DNA of 63,750 bases, filler included, from Octopus bimaculoides (taxonomy: Eukaryota): NCBI RefSeq assembly GCF_001194135.2. It is 5 parts of 4 records of this genome, joined end to end, with 100 filler letters (N's around TTAATTAATTAA, not from the genome) between each part and the next. Parts side by side here need not be neighbours in the genome. Positions count along the whole stretch, not along the records: positions 34,085 to 60,607 come from NC_068999.1; positions 60,708 to 62,127 come from NC_068987.1; positions 62,228 to 63,750 come from NW_026393015.1; 2 more parts are not named here. The stretch is one strand, 5' to 3'. Numbering within the stretch: the stretch's first letter is position 1; each line of letters begins with the position of its first letter. The position numbers were made by a program, and so were the translations under genes. The notes under the pieces are model-generated. The model did not search any database. It saw only the letters and a list, made by a program, of their open reading frames with translations, and was not told the DNA's origin. Below are positions 51,623 through 63,750 of this stretch, one piece after another.

Positions 51623-54600
51623 GCACACACTCTTCCTCTCTCTATCTATCTCTCTCTATCTATCTCTCTCACACACACATATACAGACACACGCACTTTA
51701 ATTTAGCCATATGCTTGCACATATGCATATGCATATATAATCGCTTCCGTATCCTTGTTATACCACCGTTAGAAAATGGTAATATTTAATCCTTTACAGA
51801 TTTTATGAATAATGTTATATAATATATATAACCCAATTATTAAGGTACAAAAGTTATCTAAGAATCTACATAACATCTGTTGTGAATCACACATACACAT
51901 ATAATAGCATACACTAAAATATACACAACAAATAAGTACTCATAATAAAAGAAAGAGTATCAATTTCAGATAACCAGGCACACTCCTTCCTGAGCTGTCT
52001 AACGAATAACAACGTGATTTCGACAGATAATGCAAGAACATTCCTTCTGTTAGTTCCAAATATCTTTAGGAAAACACTAAGTTGTAGTATACCAATCAAA
52101 CATCTGTATGCTCTTACACGTACTTATACCGCACGTTAACTTTCCAAATATGCAAAGAATCATAACTCTGATTGAATATGTTACATACTAATACAATGAC
52201 GTAATAAATATTATGACCAACTCAGAAATCGTACATACCATCGTATGAGACCAAAATAATATTTGAAAAGTGTATAAATTGATCTAAATTATATGGTGTA
52301 ATGATAGAAATATATCACTTACTAATATCTATGAAATAATACAAAACTAACTTCATTCAGAGAATTACCGTGAAAGAGGCTATGCGGCAAACTTTGTGGT
52401 CATATTGTGTTCTAATAGCGAATCAAGTTCTCTTCGTTGCAACTGAAAGAAATCTCCTATCATTTATGAGTCGAGCAAAAAGTAGTTCGCATGCTGTTGT
52501 GACCAATCAACTGAGGCGAGAAACAAAAGTTTTATGTGATAGCAATCTAAGCAAATATGCTAATCGATGAAACTTACACTTAGATAATCTTTTCTACGCT
52601 AGGCACGACCCCAGTACGCAAGTGGTATTTAATTTTCTCCGAAAGGCAAAGTCGACTGCAGCGAAAATTGAACTCAGACCACCAAGACAGACGAAATACC
52701 GCTACGCTAACGTTTCTGCCAGCTCTCCGACCTGCTTTCAGTAATATAATATCACTCTAATATTTTCTCTTGCAAACCTGAGATATGCCAGAATTTATTT
52801 AAAGTATAATTGTGTAAATAAAGATTACAATTAATTCACTATCTAAATATTTATCATTAAAACCTTGCTTCATAATATGTCTGAAAATATTATTAGAAAC
52901 TGCAAACATCAATTACTTTGTTATAATTATTTTTCCAGTTCTCGATACATTACAGGGACTGAAAGGAGGCAACATTTGCAATGCATGTAGTTTATTAAGA
53001 GTACAACACTCGAAATGAGGCCAAAATTAAATTCTCAAGTAATATTCTAGCAGCAGTACATTTATTACACATCTCAGCATGCAGACAATTAATCCTCTCA
53101 AAATTCGCAGCAATTAGATTAGCCTACAAATTTGTCAGAAATATTTTTAATTATGAAATATCAAATAACAACAACTGCAATAGCTACCTTGCGGACTTAA
53201 AGTAATATATTTCTTTTTCCCAAGCATCCCTATGGAAACTAAAATGAAGAGGCTACATGTAGGAAGCCGCTAAGTGTTAGAGGCCGCTAACAAAGCGTTT
53301 TCCTTACCCCTCACGAGAAGACTTTAATTTGTCCAAATGCTTTTTCTGATAAACGATACACATACAATTTCTAAAAGAAACTTAAACAAGTTTAACTTAT
53401 TTTTTATAGCACTAAAATCATTGTTTTTATAGTAAACATTAAACTCTCTCCAATGTTAATTCAAATAAATGAAAATGTACCCCTGTAATTGAGTTATATT
53501 ACTTTTAATAGTCTCCTCCGTATCATTTCTAAATCTAACTTAATATATAAAACAGGAAAGAATACATATGCAACATCTAAATCAACTTTATATTCTTAGA
53601 TTTTACACAAAATAGTCCATATTAAAACAAATCCAATTCGTCTACAAACGGCTCCGTGATGTTTAACAAAAACTGATCAAATGATATTTAGCAATTAGTG
53701 AACTATATTGCAATGTGTCTGTTTGCGAAATTCAGGCTCCAGCTACACCATTTACTTTTATTAGCTGTCTTGTGTAACTTGGATACGCAAAAATATTTAG
53801 GAATACACCTCACTTCCTCCACATAACAACCACTGCTGAAATTCTCAATTTTCTTTCATTTTAAGTTTTTATCTTTGCATACTTACTTCCATTTACATTC
53901 TAGTTAATTCATATTCAACATCTGCAATTGATTGTCACTCCTAATTAACCCATTATCTACCGGTGATCTCATATGAGATCACTTAAAAATTACAGATTTC
54001 GTAATTATCTGTCAATATTTACAGATATCTAACGTTTTTGCTATATCTACTACGTATATTTCTCTGATATTCAAATGAGGTTTGCTAACTTTTCACCTAA
54101 TATCTCGCTTATTTCTATTTAAAATGTTAGTCTGAAATGTTATTTTGAAATGTTATTTTGATCATTCCAGCGTGTTTCTAAGGCTGTTTTATGCTAGAAA
54201 TCGAAGTTTCATAAAATAATTCCATTTAATAGAATTATGGAAGGTAATGGGTTAATTGGTTAACATCATCACATATTTTTGAAAACGCTTGCACAATTAA
54301 TCGCCGGCACGATACCATATTTCTTACTAAACACACGACGTACAATTTTCATCTATCGAATTTTCTTATAACACATCGTTGGCTTCGAAGTGTAATACAA
54401 ATATTGCTCAAGAAGAAATGCAGTTAGACTCATGCGAAAATATCTAATGCAGAAATATGTATCAAAGATACAGATAGGGTTCTGCTTGTATGATAAATTT
54501 GTATATACCAAACATTTGAGTCATTGAGTTGATTTATTTCTGGTCGCCGAAAATGCAAGAATAGCAGCCTGATGTTTTTTAAATTAATTACCACGAAAAT

Positions 54601-57388
54601 GAATTGTGTGATTCTAAATTCCTTAACTACAAACAAGGAGTGGATGAGAGATAAGATAATCTAAAAATCAACAACAACAAATTCCTCAATAAAATCATAT
54701 TGGCAGGCAAATGAAGAATTTTCCACGTAGCGGTTCAGTGTCTCGGAAAACAAAGAAGCTAATTTTCTACTATATCATGACCTAATGTCTTTGAAAGAAA
54801 TTTCTAAAGAACATATTGGATAATCTAGCGTAAGTTGACGCATGATTAAATATATGGGTTTTGTTACTGACGAAAAAAAATTCTAATGCTGCAGGTGATT
54901 GTTCATTGTGGACCTTGGTTTGAACAAGGAAGAATCAACAAGAATATATAGTGTGAAAGCATGTGCCATGGATTAATTTAATTCTGCTCTTGGTTTAATT
55001 TTGGGGTGAGATAATTCCTTCACAAGAAAATTCTGTCGGAAAATACACTCTTGGAGATTTTGATCAATGAATCCTTGGCCTCAAGTGGTGTTTGCAAAGT
55101 AGAATCATATGCATTGAGTTACATCTATTACAATATTTATAATCCCCACCATTTTTACTTTACAATAGTTCAGAGAAACTTGAAAATACTTTTGTATATT
55201 CAATGGTTCTCACCCCGTAAATGTTTGTATAACGTTACATAATATTTCTGCACATGATCTATTAACATGTTTTAATATTGTGCAAACTCTAATACTTTCT
55301 AGTAGAAATCATATCTCAAAATTAAGTTGTTGATTCGATTTCGACACACCATGTTTATGTGGTCCAAGACGCTATTAGAAATGTCAGTCAGATTTTCCTT
55401 AAAATATTATCAATTCGCAATTCAACGGGATGTCACGAACAGTGCGGACACAAATAAAAATTAAAAATAAAGGAAGGAATTTTTTGTATTGGAATACCTT
55501 TTGACATATATGTACTCGATAAGTATTTCTTTGTGATAAACAATAGTAACAACATCAAAAGAAAGAACATCATATCAAATTCACCTGACACTAATAATTG
55601 CACGTTGGAAAGTAAAACCGTTGAAATAACAGTTTTCAAATCATAAAAGCAATGATTGGGCAGTCCTTAGAAGCTACAATGAGCGTTGTAGTTCCCACCA
55701 ACAACAAAACCAATGTTTTTTGTGGAACATATAATACTTACGGCTTCCATTAACTGCCAATTCGAAGTCAAAATTTATATTCATTTTCTATGACACTATC
55801 AGTTCAAAATGAAAAACAAAATCTTGGGTTATAAAAAATATATAAATGCAGTAAAGTATCTATCAGTTGTTATAAGAACATGAATACAGAATAAAAAAAA
55901 TATGTATCAGTTGTTTCACAAAATATCTCGCGGATATAGCACTAAAAAACATACATATATATCTCTATAACCAATGTAGCATTGTAATAATTTTCAACGA
56001 TGAACATTTATGAATTCTTATAGGAATCCTTATAACTTATGTTGAAATAATTTTTTTTAGCAAGTATGTCACAGAGACAGAAATAACTTGAAAAGAGAAT
56101 ACTTTATTGAAAGAAAATGTAGAATATTCATCAATAAAGATATGGACGAATATTAGAGAGACGCAGGTTTCACTGACACAGAAAAAGGTAATAAATAAGA
56201 TGAAATAAAACAGAAAATTGAGAGAGAAAGTTTCCGAGGAAACAGAATCTTGTCGCATCAACGCCTTTAGGACAGTCATAAAAAACACGAACAAAATAAA
56301 AATGGGAACACATACCAAAATAAAAATAAGAATAGATTTCTATGCATATATGTTTTGAAGGAAAAAAAACATCTAAAGCTATCTACACCTTGTAATCAAT
56401 CGATAAGCAAACGTGGTTGAATACAACAAAATATAAATCAAACAAATATAACTGCAGCATTCTTATTCAAAGATGCAACTACAAAATTATAGAAGAAGTG
56501 TAACTAACAGCATCATATATCTTTGTAACAGATATAGCTCAGTTTCACTTACAAAGATTAATGATATTAATGATTGACGAAAATGTTTTAGTGTTACACA
56601 CAAAAAGAAAATGAGAACCGAAGTGGTCAAAATTATCCAATTAAATATAAAAACATGAATAAATACATAAAATTCATAAATAAACGAGTGAACATATTAA
56701 AAACATCAGAAAATGTTTTAAAGAAAATCATGTGAGCAAAATTAGAAACGTGCGAGACATTTAAAATATAAGATGCAATAATAAGACACAACAGAGTATA
56801 ATACATATCGATTATTTTAGAATAAAACTATGGAGTTCCATGTAGCACATTACTAAACGAACTGTGTGATGCTTATGCTTTTTAATGCTTCGATGTGGAA
56901 AAGTAATGGAAGAAAATGTAAATGATGTTTACTTTCGTAAAAATTGAAGTACTTGAATTCATAAATACATTGGAAATTGGAAGTGGGTCGCCGAAAACGT
57001 AGCACTTTCAAAACACCCACACACGTACAGATATATATATATATATATATANNNNNNNNNNNNNNNNNNNNNNNNNNNNNNNNNNNNNNNNNNNNNNNNN
57101 NNNNNNNNNNNNNNNNNNNNNNNNNNNNNNNNNNNNNNNNNNNNNNNNNNNNNNNNNNNNNNNNNNNNNNNNNNNNNNNNNNNNNNNNNNNNNNNNNNNN
57201 NNNNNNNNNNNNNNNNNNNNNNNNNNNNNNNNNNNNNNNNNNNNNNNNNNNNNNNNNNNNNNNNNNNNNNNNNNNNNNNNNNNNNNNNNNNNNNNNNNNN
57301 NNNNNNNNNNNNNNNNNNNNNNNNNNNNNNNGCGTATACATGGATATATATATATATATTATATGTATATATATACATATATGCATAT

Positions 57389-57470
<82 letters not shown>

Positions 57471-57699
57471 CTGTGTAGCTATATATACATATATATGTAT
57501 ACATGTACATATGTTCTCAACATATATATACTTATACACATGCACACATATATTCATATGAATATAAATATATGTGTGTATATATATGTATGTGTGACTG
57601 TATGCATGGCACGATGTATTTATGTGTATATTATTCCCGGAAGCTGTCACAACACTAATTGTAAGAAGTAGAGTGGAGATAAAAGTCGAAGGAAAATAA

Positions 57700-59100
57700 T
57701 GATTTACATTCTATACATTTTGATACTTCGGCTCCGAAAATTTGTTTGAATGTAAGAAGGGGCAACTATACTTAGCTTTGATCTGGGCAGATATAACTAT
57801 ATGTTAGAGAGGCATATCCGATTAAGGTCTTCTGTTGAGAAAGCAGCATTGGCCATCTTTCTTTCATGTAATGTTGGCTTCATTCTATTAATAAGTACAA
57901 TCTTTTTCATTCGCATACATCCTATAATCCATTTCCTGTCTTATGTACAATATGTTCAGCAGTGATGTGTATAATTTGTGGACATATATCATTTTTGTGA
58001 ATTCGTCTTTAAATGCGACCATGTTTCTGACTTAAAATCCATCAAAAATAGTTCGTACTATTCTATATACTTTTACCACTTGTATATCGACTCCACAACA
58101 AGATTTTTCGAAGGAAAACAGTTCTTCCTAATGATCATATGACAGATCTGTGGTGATTGTTTGATTTGATACTACCACGCTACTCTTTCTCCAAGGATGT
58201 CAGTGAATACCATTAACAACATCTGAAACTGGTTAGTTTGATGATTCTTTACCTAGCTGCACTGTATCTGTTCTCAATGAGAGTGATGTAATTCTGTATT
58301 TAGTAAGCTTTGGTAGTGATAATGGGGTTACTCTGTAATGTACAATTAAAGCAGTAGGTTATATTGCGAAAGCTGGCTTTCATAATTCTTATGTAATTTT
58401 GAGCCAGAAATTCATCAGTTTGAGACATGAGTTATAATCGGCATGTTTCATTTCTCAGTCTAAGTGCTCATAAATATTATGATAATGTCAATTACGTATT
58501 TTGTCTCCTTACGCGATTTGTGCATAAGGATATCATCTACAAATCTTGGGAATAATTAACATTTGTACCTGATGGTATTTTTTAACGTTTTATCTGTTCC
58601 ATGTAAGGGATAGCTGTTAAACTTAAAAGTATTTAAAGTATACGTATTCACGATGTGCATTTAAACGTACAGGTTATGGATATATTTGAGTGAACTGGTC
58701 ACAAAACAGCATATATCTGGTGTTTGAGGACGCGATGTGAACTTAGAAATGTTGCCAGAAATGATAATATTGTTCATTAACCTGATATAAGAGTGAGTAG
58801 ATAAAGAAGACTTGACGAAAGGACTATCTTTTGAATTTAAAGGTAGTGGGCTTGTAGTTATTGAGATTAATTCTGAAACGGTTCAGGCTATTGACTTGTC
58901 CAGTGGAGATATGGTTTATGGGATTTAGATTTTGAAAGTACCAAAGCATCTTAAATAAAGAGCTCCTTTGGTTGTAACAGTAAGCCCGAGACCTTTTCAA
59001 GGCCTAATTACATACTTCTCATGGTGTTCAATGCAGTGGAATTTCCTATATCTCGTCGTGAAATGTTCTCCTGCACATATCTTGCGCATTTACAAACATC
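57700..59100 (-). pseudogene. Decayed Penelope-like element (RT plus GIY-YIG)
   Basis: In order on the minus strand: KSHKP-like (PKIHK), NTFKFNS (58636-58613), RFVDDIL catalytic motif (58546-58526), IYV...LYIRQ GIY-YIG-like (57990-57935). Confidence 0.6.
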
Positions 59101-59787
59101 AATTTCTATTGATATTTTCTAAATCTATAAATCTCCTGAAAGTTACAATTTCATATAGTGTAGTGTTGTTAATTTCATTATACGCATTAGTGACGATTAC
59201 GCTGAATGCTCATAGTTTGTATTAAGGTAAATATATATTCAAACTTAGAAACACTTATTAACTTGCAAGTTCTGTAATCTCGGAAACTGAGAATTAGAAA
59301 GATTAGATAATGGTATGGCATATTACTCTAAAGGCTAGCATTTTAATGTCTGCTTTCGTTTTCGTTGGCGGAGCTTGATGATAGAAGGCATTCCAGTTTA
59401 TTTTCAGGTTCGTTTTGAGCGAATATATATTTTATCCTTTAAGTTGTACTGAAAAAAAAAAAAAAAAAGGATTTTGCATTAAAGATAAGCTGGTCGTTAG
59501 GTAGTTTTGACCAATATGAAATTTGAGCCTAAATTCATATTTAATTTCATGACGAAACGGCTTCTGTCAGATCTGTGACAAATAGGTAACAAATGCAGCC
59601 GTTTATCTGTTACACATTTGGTGCAATTTATTCGTAAACTTATAAGGATACAATATTCTCAGCATAGCATTATGGAATCGAGTACATTCAAATGAGTGAG
59701 TTTACTGTTGACATATTCTCATGACACAGACTAAATTTAGAATCAAACTTTTATTTATTTATTTATTTATTTATTTATTTGTCGAGT

Positions 59788-60236
59788 AAGTCCATGAGTT
59801 GGCAGAATCGTTAGCACTACAAGCAAAATGCTTAGAGACGTTTCGTCCGTCTTTTCGTTCTGGGTTCAAATTCCGCTGTGGTCAACTTTGCCATTAATTC
59901 TTTAGTGGTCGGTAAAATAAGTACCAGTCGGATACTGGTGCGATGTATTCGACTTAGCCATCTCTACAGAAATAGCTGGCATTGTGTCAAAATATGAAAC
60001 CAATATTTTGATCAAGTAAGGCGGTGAGATGGCAGAATCGTTAGCACGTCGAGTTAAATGCTTAACGGCATTTTGTCCGTCATTATACTCTGAGTTCAAA
60101 TTCCACAGAGGTTTATTTTGCCTTTCATCTTTTCGGAGGAAAAATATATAAGTACCAAGAGAGTTCTAGGCTCGATGTAATCGACTTAAACTCTACCCCG
60201 AAATTGCTGGCCTTGTGCCAAAATTTAAGCCAATAT
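59788..60236 (+). mobile_element. Two head-to-tail SINE family C copies
   Basis: Heads at ~59788 and ~60018, both ending GCCTTGTGCCAAAATTT-AA-CCAATA-like; preceded by (TTTA)n. Confidence 0.85.
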
Positions 60237-60607
60237 TTCGGGAAGTTTCTCTCTAATCGATCGGTGGGAGTGCTCCGCTATATTCCGTCATTTGTTACGG
60301 GATATTTGTGGAACAGGTTTTCTTTATTTATCTTTTTTCTCTTTTTTATTGTCAGTGAAAAAGACAAATATTTAGATAAACGTTGTTTGTAATACATATC
60401 ACATTTATATTAAATGTGTTTTTTACACACATGATGTTATTACTTGCTAATATTATTACACTTGCACACATTTATACTTATATAGCCTCGTAGATTATTT
60501 GCCGAAGTAACGTGGGTGCATTTTCCAAAAGCACTTCGATATTTATATAATGCAACACTGTATGCGACCCGTAATATATCTACACACACGCGCACGCACA
60601 CACACAC

Positions 60608-60707
60608 NNNNNNNNNNNNNNNNNNNNNNNNNNNNNNNNNNNNNNNNNNNNTTAATTAATTAANNNNNNNNNNNNNNNNNNNNNNNNNNNNNNNNNNNNN
60701 NNNNNNN
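60608..60707. other. Artificial scaffold linker N44-TTAATTAATTAA-N44
   Basis: Same 100-bp structure. Confidence 0.9.
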
Positions 60708-61342
60708 TGAAGATATATATACATATATATACATACCACCACACCACCACCACACCACCACCACCACCATCACAACAACACCATCACCACCAGTAGTAGT
60801 TGGAGGAAGGAAGGAGGAGTAGCGGTATAGTAGTAGTCGTGGTGGTGGTTGGAGCAGTAGTAGCCGTAGTAGTAGTAGTAGTAGTAGTGGCAGCAGAACT
60901 GGTGGAGGTAGGGGTGGTGCAGCGGTGTCATTCGGTACAAAGACACGGTGTCACCTGTTTGGAAACATCGATTCATTTCACGCCACTCACGTCATTTTNN
61001 NNNNNNNNNNNNNNNNNNNNNNNNNNNNNNNNNNNNNNNNNNNNNNNNNNNNNNNNNNNNNNNNNNNNNNNNNNNNNNNNNNNNNNNNNNNNNNNNNNNN
61101 NNNNNNNNNNNNNNNNNNNNNNNNNNNNNNNNNNNNNNNNNNNNNNNNNNNNNNNNNNNNNNNNNNNNNNNNNNNNNNNNNNNNNNNNNNNNNNNNNNNN
61201 NNNNNNNNNNNNNNNNNNNNNNNNNNNNNNNNNNNNNNTATATATACATATATATATAAACAACTTTTCAAGTGAGAATTTTGCTACTTTGATAACAGAT
61301 ACAATATTTTACCAAATATTTGGTAGAGATTTAAATATACAA

Positions 61343-61381
<39 letters not shown>

Positions 61382-61443
61382 ATGTTTATGTATTTGTTTT
61401 GCAAGATTCCTGTTGTGGAATCGTTTGTTGAAATAAATATTAC

Positions 61444-61778
61444 ATTTCGGGACGGTCATTTTTTTTTTTTTTGCCAAATAAACACCAGCACTATATACTC
61501 GTTCTTCACTACGTCTTTATTATTATTCTTATTTCCGTCACAAGTCCGGTGACCTCTTGAACGAGTCTCCATCCCACATGTCGCTCCTATCCTGTTTAAT
61601 CCATTCTAAAGGTGGAAACACGCGCGATAGAGAGTGGTTGAAGAGGTCACAGGATGTGTGCCGAAAGATTTCAAACAAACCACACCAAAATAAGAATAAT
61701 AATAAAACTGAAGTGAGGAAGAAGTATATATAGTGCGTGTGTTTATTTGGAACGAAATATATATGACCATCCCCAAAT
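61444..61778. mobile_element. MITE/foldback element with ~110-bp inverted arms
   Basis: ATTTCGGGACGGTCAT...CCAAATAAACAC...GCACTATATA...TTTATTATTATTCTTATTT mirrored by AAATAAGAATAATAATAAA...TATATAGTGC...GTGTTTATTTGG...ATGACCATCCCCAAAT; inner GTGACCTCTT/AAGAGGTCAC. Confidence 0.75.
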
Positions 61779-62127
61779 ATAACGATATGTGAAGATATAT
61801 ATGTTTTCATATCCATCCAACTATCTATCTCTCTCTCTCTCTCTTTCTCTCTATGTATATATATATACTCTCTCCTTCTTTCTCTCTCTCTATATATATG
61901 TATATACACCCACATACGTATGTATGTGTGTATATTAATATGTATGTATGTATGTATGTATGTATGCGTGGATCTGTGGTAAGAAATTTGCTTTCCAAGT
62001 ATGTGGTTTTGGGTTAAGTTCCTGCCTGGCGTCTTCTGCTATAACCCCAATCTGACCAAAGCCTCGTGATTACATTCAGCAGAGGAAAACTGAAAGCAAC
62101 AGGTAGTGTATATATATATATATATAT

Positions 62128-62227
62128 NNNNNNNNNNNNNNNNNNNNNNNNNNNNNNNNNNNNNNNNNNNNTTAATTAATTAANNNNNNNNNNNNNNNNN
62201 NNNNNNNNNNNNNNNNNNNNNNNNNNN
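62128..62227. other. Artificial scaffold linker N44-TTAATTAATTAA-N44
   Basis: Same 100-bp structure. Confidence 0.9.
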
Positions 62228-62269
<42 letters not shown>

Positions 62270-62618
62270 TCATATATGGTACAGGATGTCACCAACAGTA
62301 AACAAAATGAAATAGGAAAACAAATGAGTTCAATACGCAAACGACGAGAGAAACAAATGGAAAACAGGACAAGTAACATAAAGAACGACCCTATATCAGT
62401 TGCCGGCTGCTCATCTATTCCTTATTTCGAGCATTGAACGACAATACGAGTCTTCGAAGACACAGTTGCTCACATAAGTACCAAAATAAAATTCACGGAG
62501 GAACAAAGTTGGGAACAAAAACTGGACAGTGGAGAAATACAAGGAAACCGAACGTAAACAAACTTGGAGGGTCGTTATATATATATATAACATATATAAC
62601 ATGTATATATATATGCAT

Positions 62619-62672
<54 letters not shown>

Positions 62673-62679
62673 GCATTTC

Positions 62680-62803
<124 letters not shown>

Positions 62804-62920
62804 CATGAAAATATATATATACACACAACAAATATATATACACACATATGTGTATATGTATGTATACACTTATATATACGCATATATATACATTGATATA
62901 TATATACACACACTATATAA

Positions 62921-62958
<38 letters not shown>

Positions 62959-63750
62959 ATGTATATCTACTTTATATGTGGAAAATTCTGTCTGTGGGTG
63001 TGTTTGGAGTTGTTAGCTAACTCATCCTACATCGTTTTATCGATTCTGATGAAACGTGACACGTGAATAGAACTTACGTCTGGAAACCTCATGTCATACT
63101 CAGATTGTTGAAAAATTCGATAATAGGGCCCCTGGGTGGCATCCTTATATATAGCTAATATATTTTATTTTAAAAATCAAGGGAAATAACCCATTCGCCC
63201 CTGGAAGGCATTTTTATATATAGCCAACGGAAATAATCCATTCATTTCCCTAAAATATTTGGTAAAAATGAAATTGAGTATATTTATTTCTTAGTATTTC
63301 GATTGCTAGAGTTATTTTTGCAATTTATCTAGTACAACCCTTAAGCAAGTAAATAGTATTTTCCTAAAGAATAGATCCACTTATTTCACTTATTTCATGA
63401 CTATTGCAACAAAAGCGCCCCTGAGGGTAATATTCTCTGGGAACGCACAAAAACCTTTTTCAGAGTTATTCAATTTGAATTGTTATCTCATATCTTATTA
63501 ACCTGTTATTAAGTAACATGCTTCACAATTTTAGTATACATACCTTATTAGTATTTCCTCCTATGTTCTGTATACTCTGGGCATGCATTACAGCCCTTTT
63601 CGAGGCAACTTTATTTGAAATCTTACTATCGGGTATCTAATTTCATGCTATTACATAATTGACGTACATGTATATGTACTTATGTAAGTTTATAAATATA
63701 CATTTTTAATTTATATATATAAATGTATATATATATAAATGCGTATGTAT

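Noticed and set aside
53890-53924. Minus-strand CAG|...|GTAAGT 35-nt segment
   Set aside because: All three frames closed and weak acceptor.
63040-63115. CTGATGA-AACGTGACACGT-GAAT hammerhead-like motif
   Set aside because: GAAA absent at the required position and no stem I.

Overview
AT-rich, repeat-dominated eukaryotic genomic DNA with many N gaps, most of them flanked by (TA)n/(TG)n microsatellites. The mix of tRNA-derived SINEs, RTE-type LINE tails ending in (GAT)n and Penelope-like remnants looks like an octopus (coleoid cephalopod) scaffold; this is an inference from pattern recognition, not a search. No intact protein-coding gene could be identified. Nearly all supplied ORFs are microsatellite, gap or repeat artefacts. 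Supported content: four SINE families (one carrying a Meta-type core), RTE LINE fragments, a 1.1-kb internally deleted Tc1 transposon with TIRs and TA TSD, piggyBac-like and foldback MITEs, a Helentron-like end, several Penelope-like (PLE) RT/GIY-YIG remnants, and four artificial N44-TTAATTAATTAA-N44 linkers. Candidate promoters and small exons suggest an unidentified minus-strand gene (starting near 27-29 kb, possibly 38.9 kb) and a divergent plus-strand spliced transcript from about 38.95 kb; these calls are low confidence. The most interesting signal is a ~420-bp module at 37284-37705. It holds two different hammerhead ribozyme motifs on opposite strands plus a dead inverted copy of one of them, next to a rearranged PLE.
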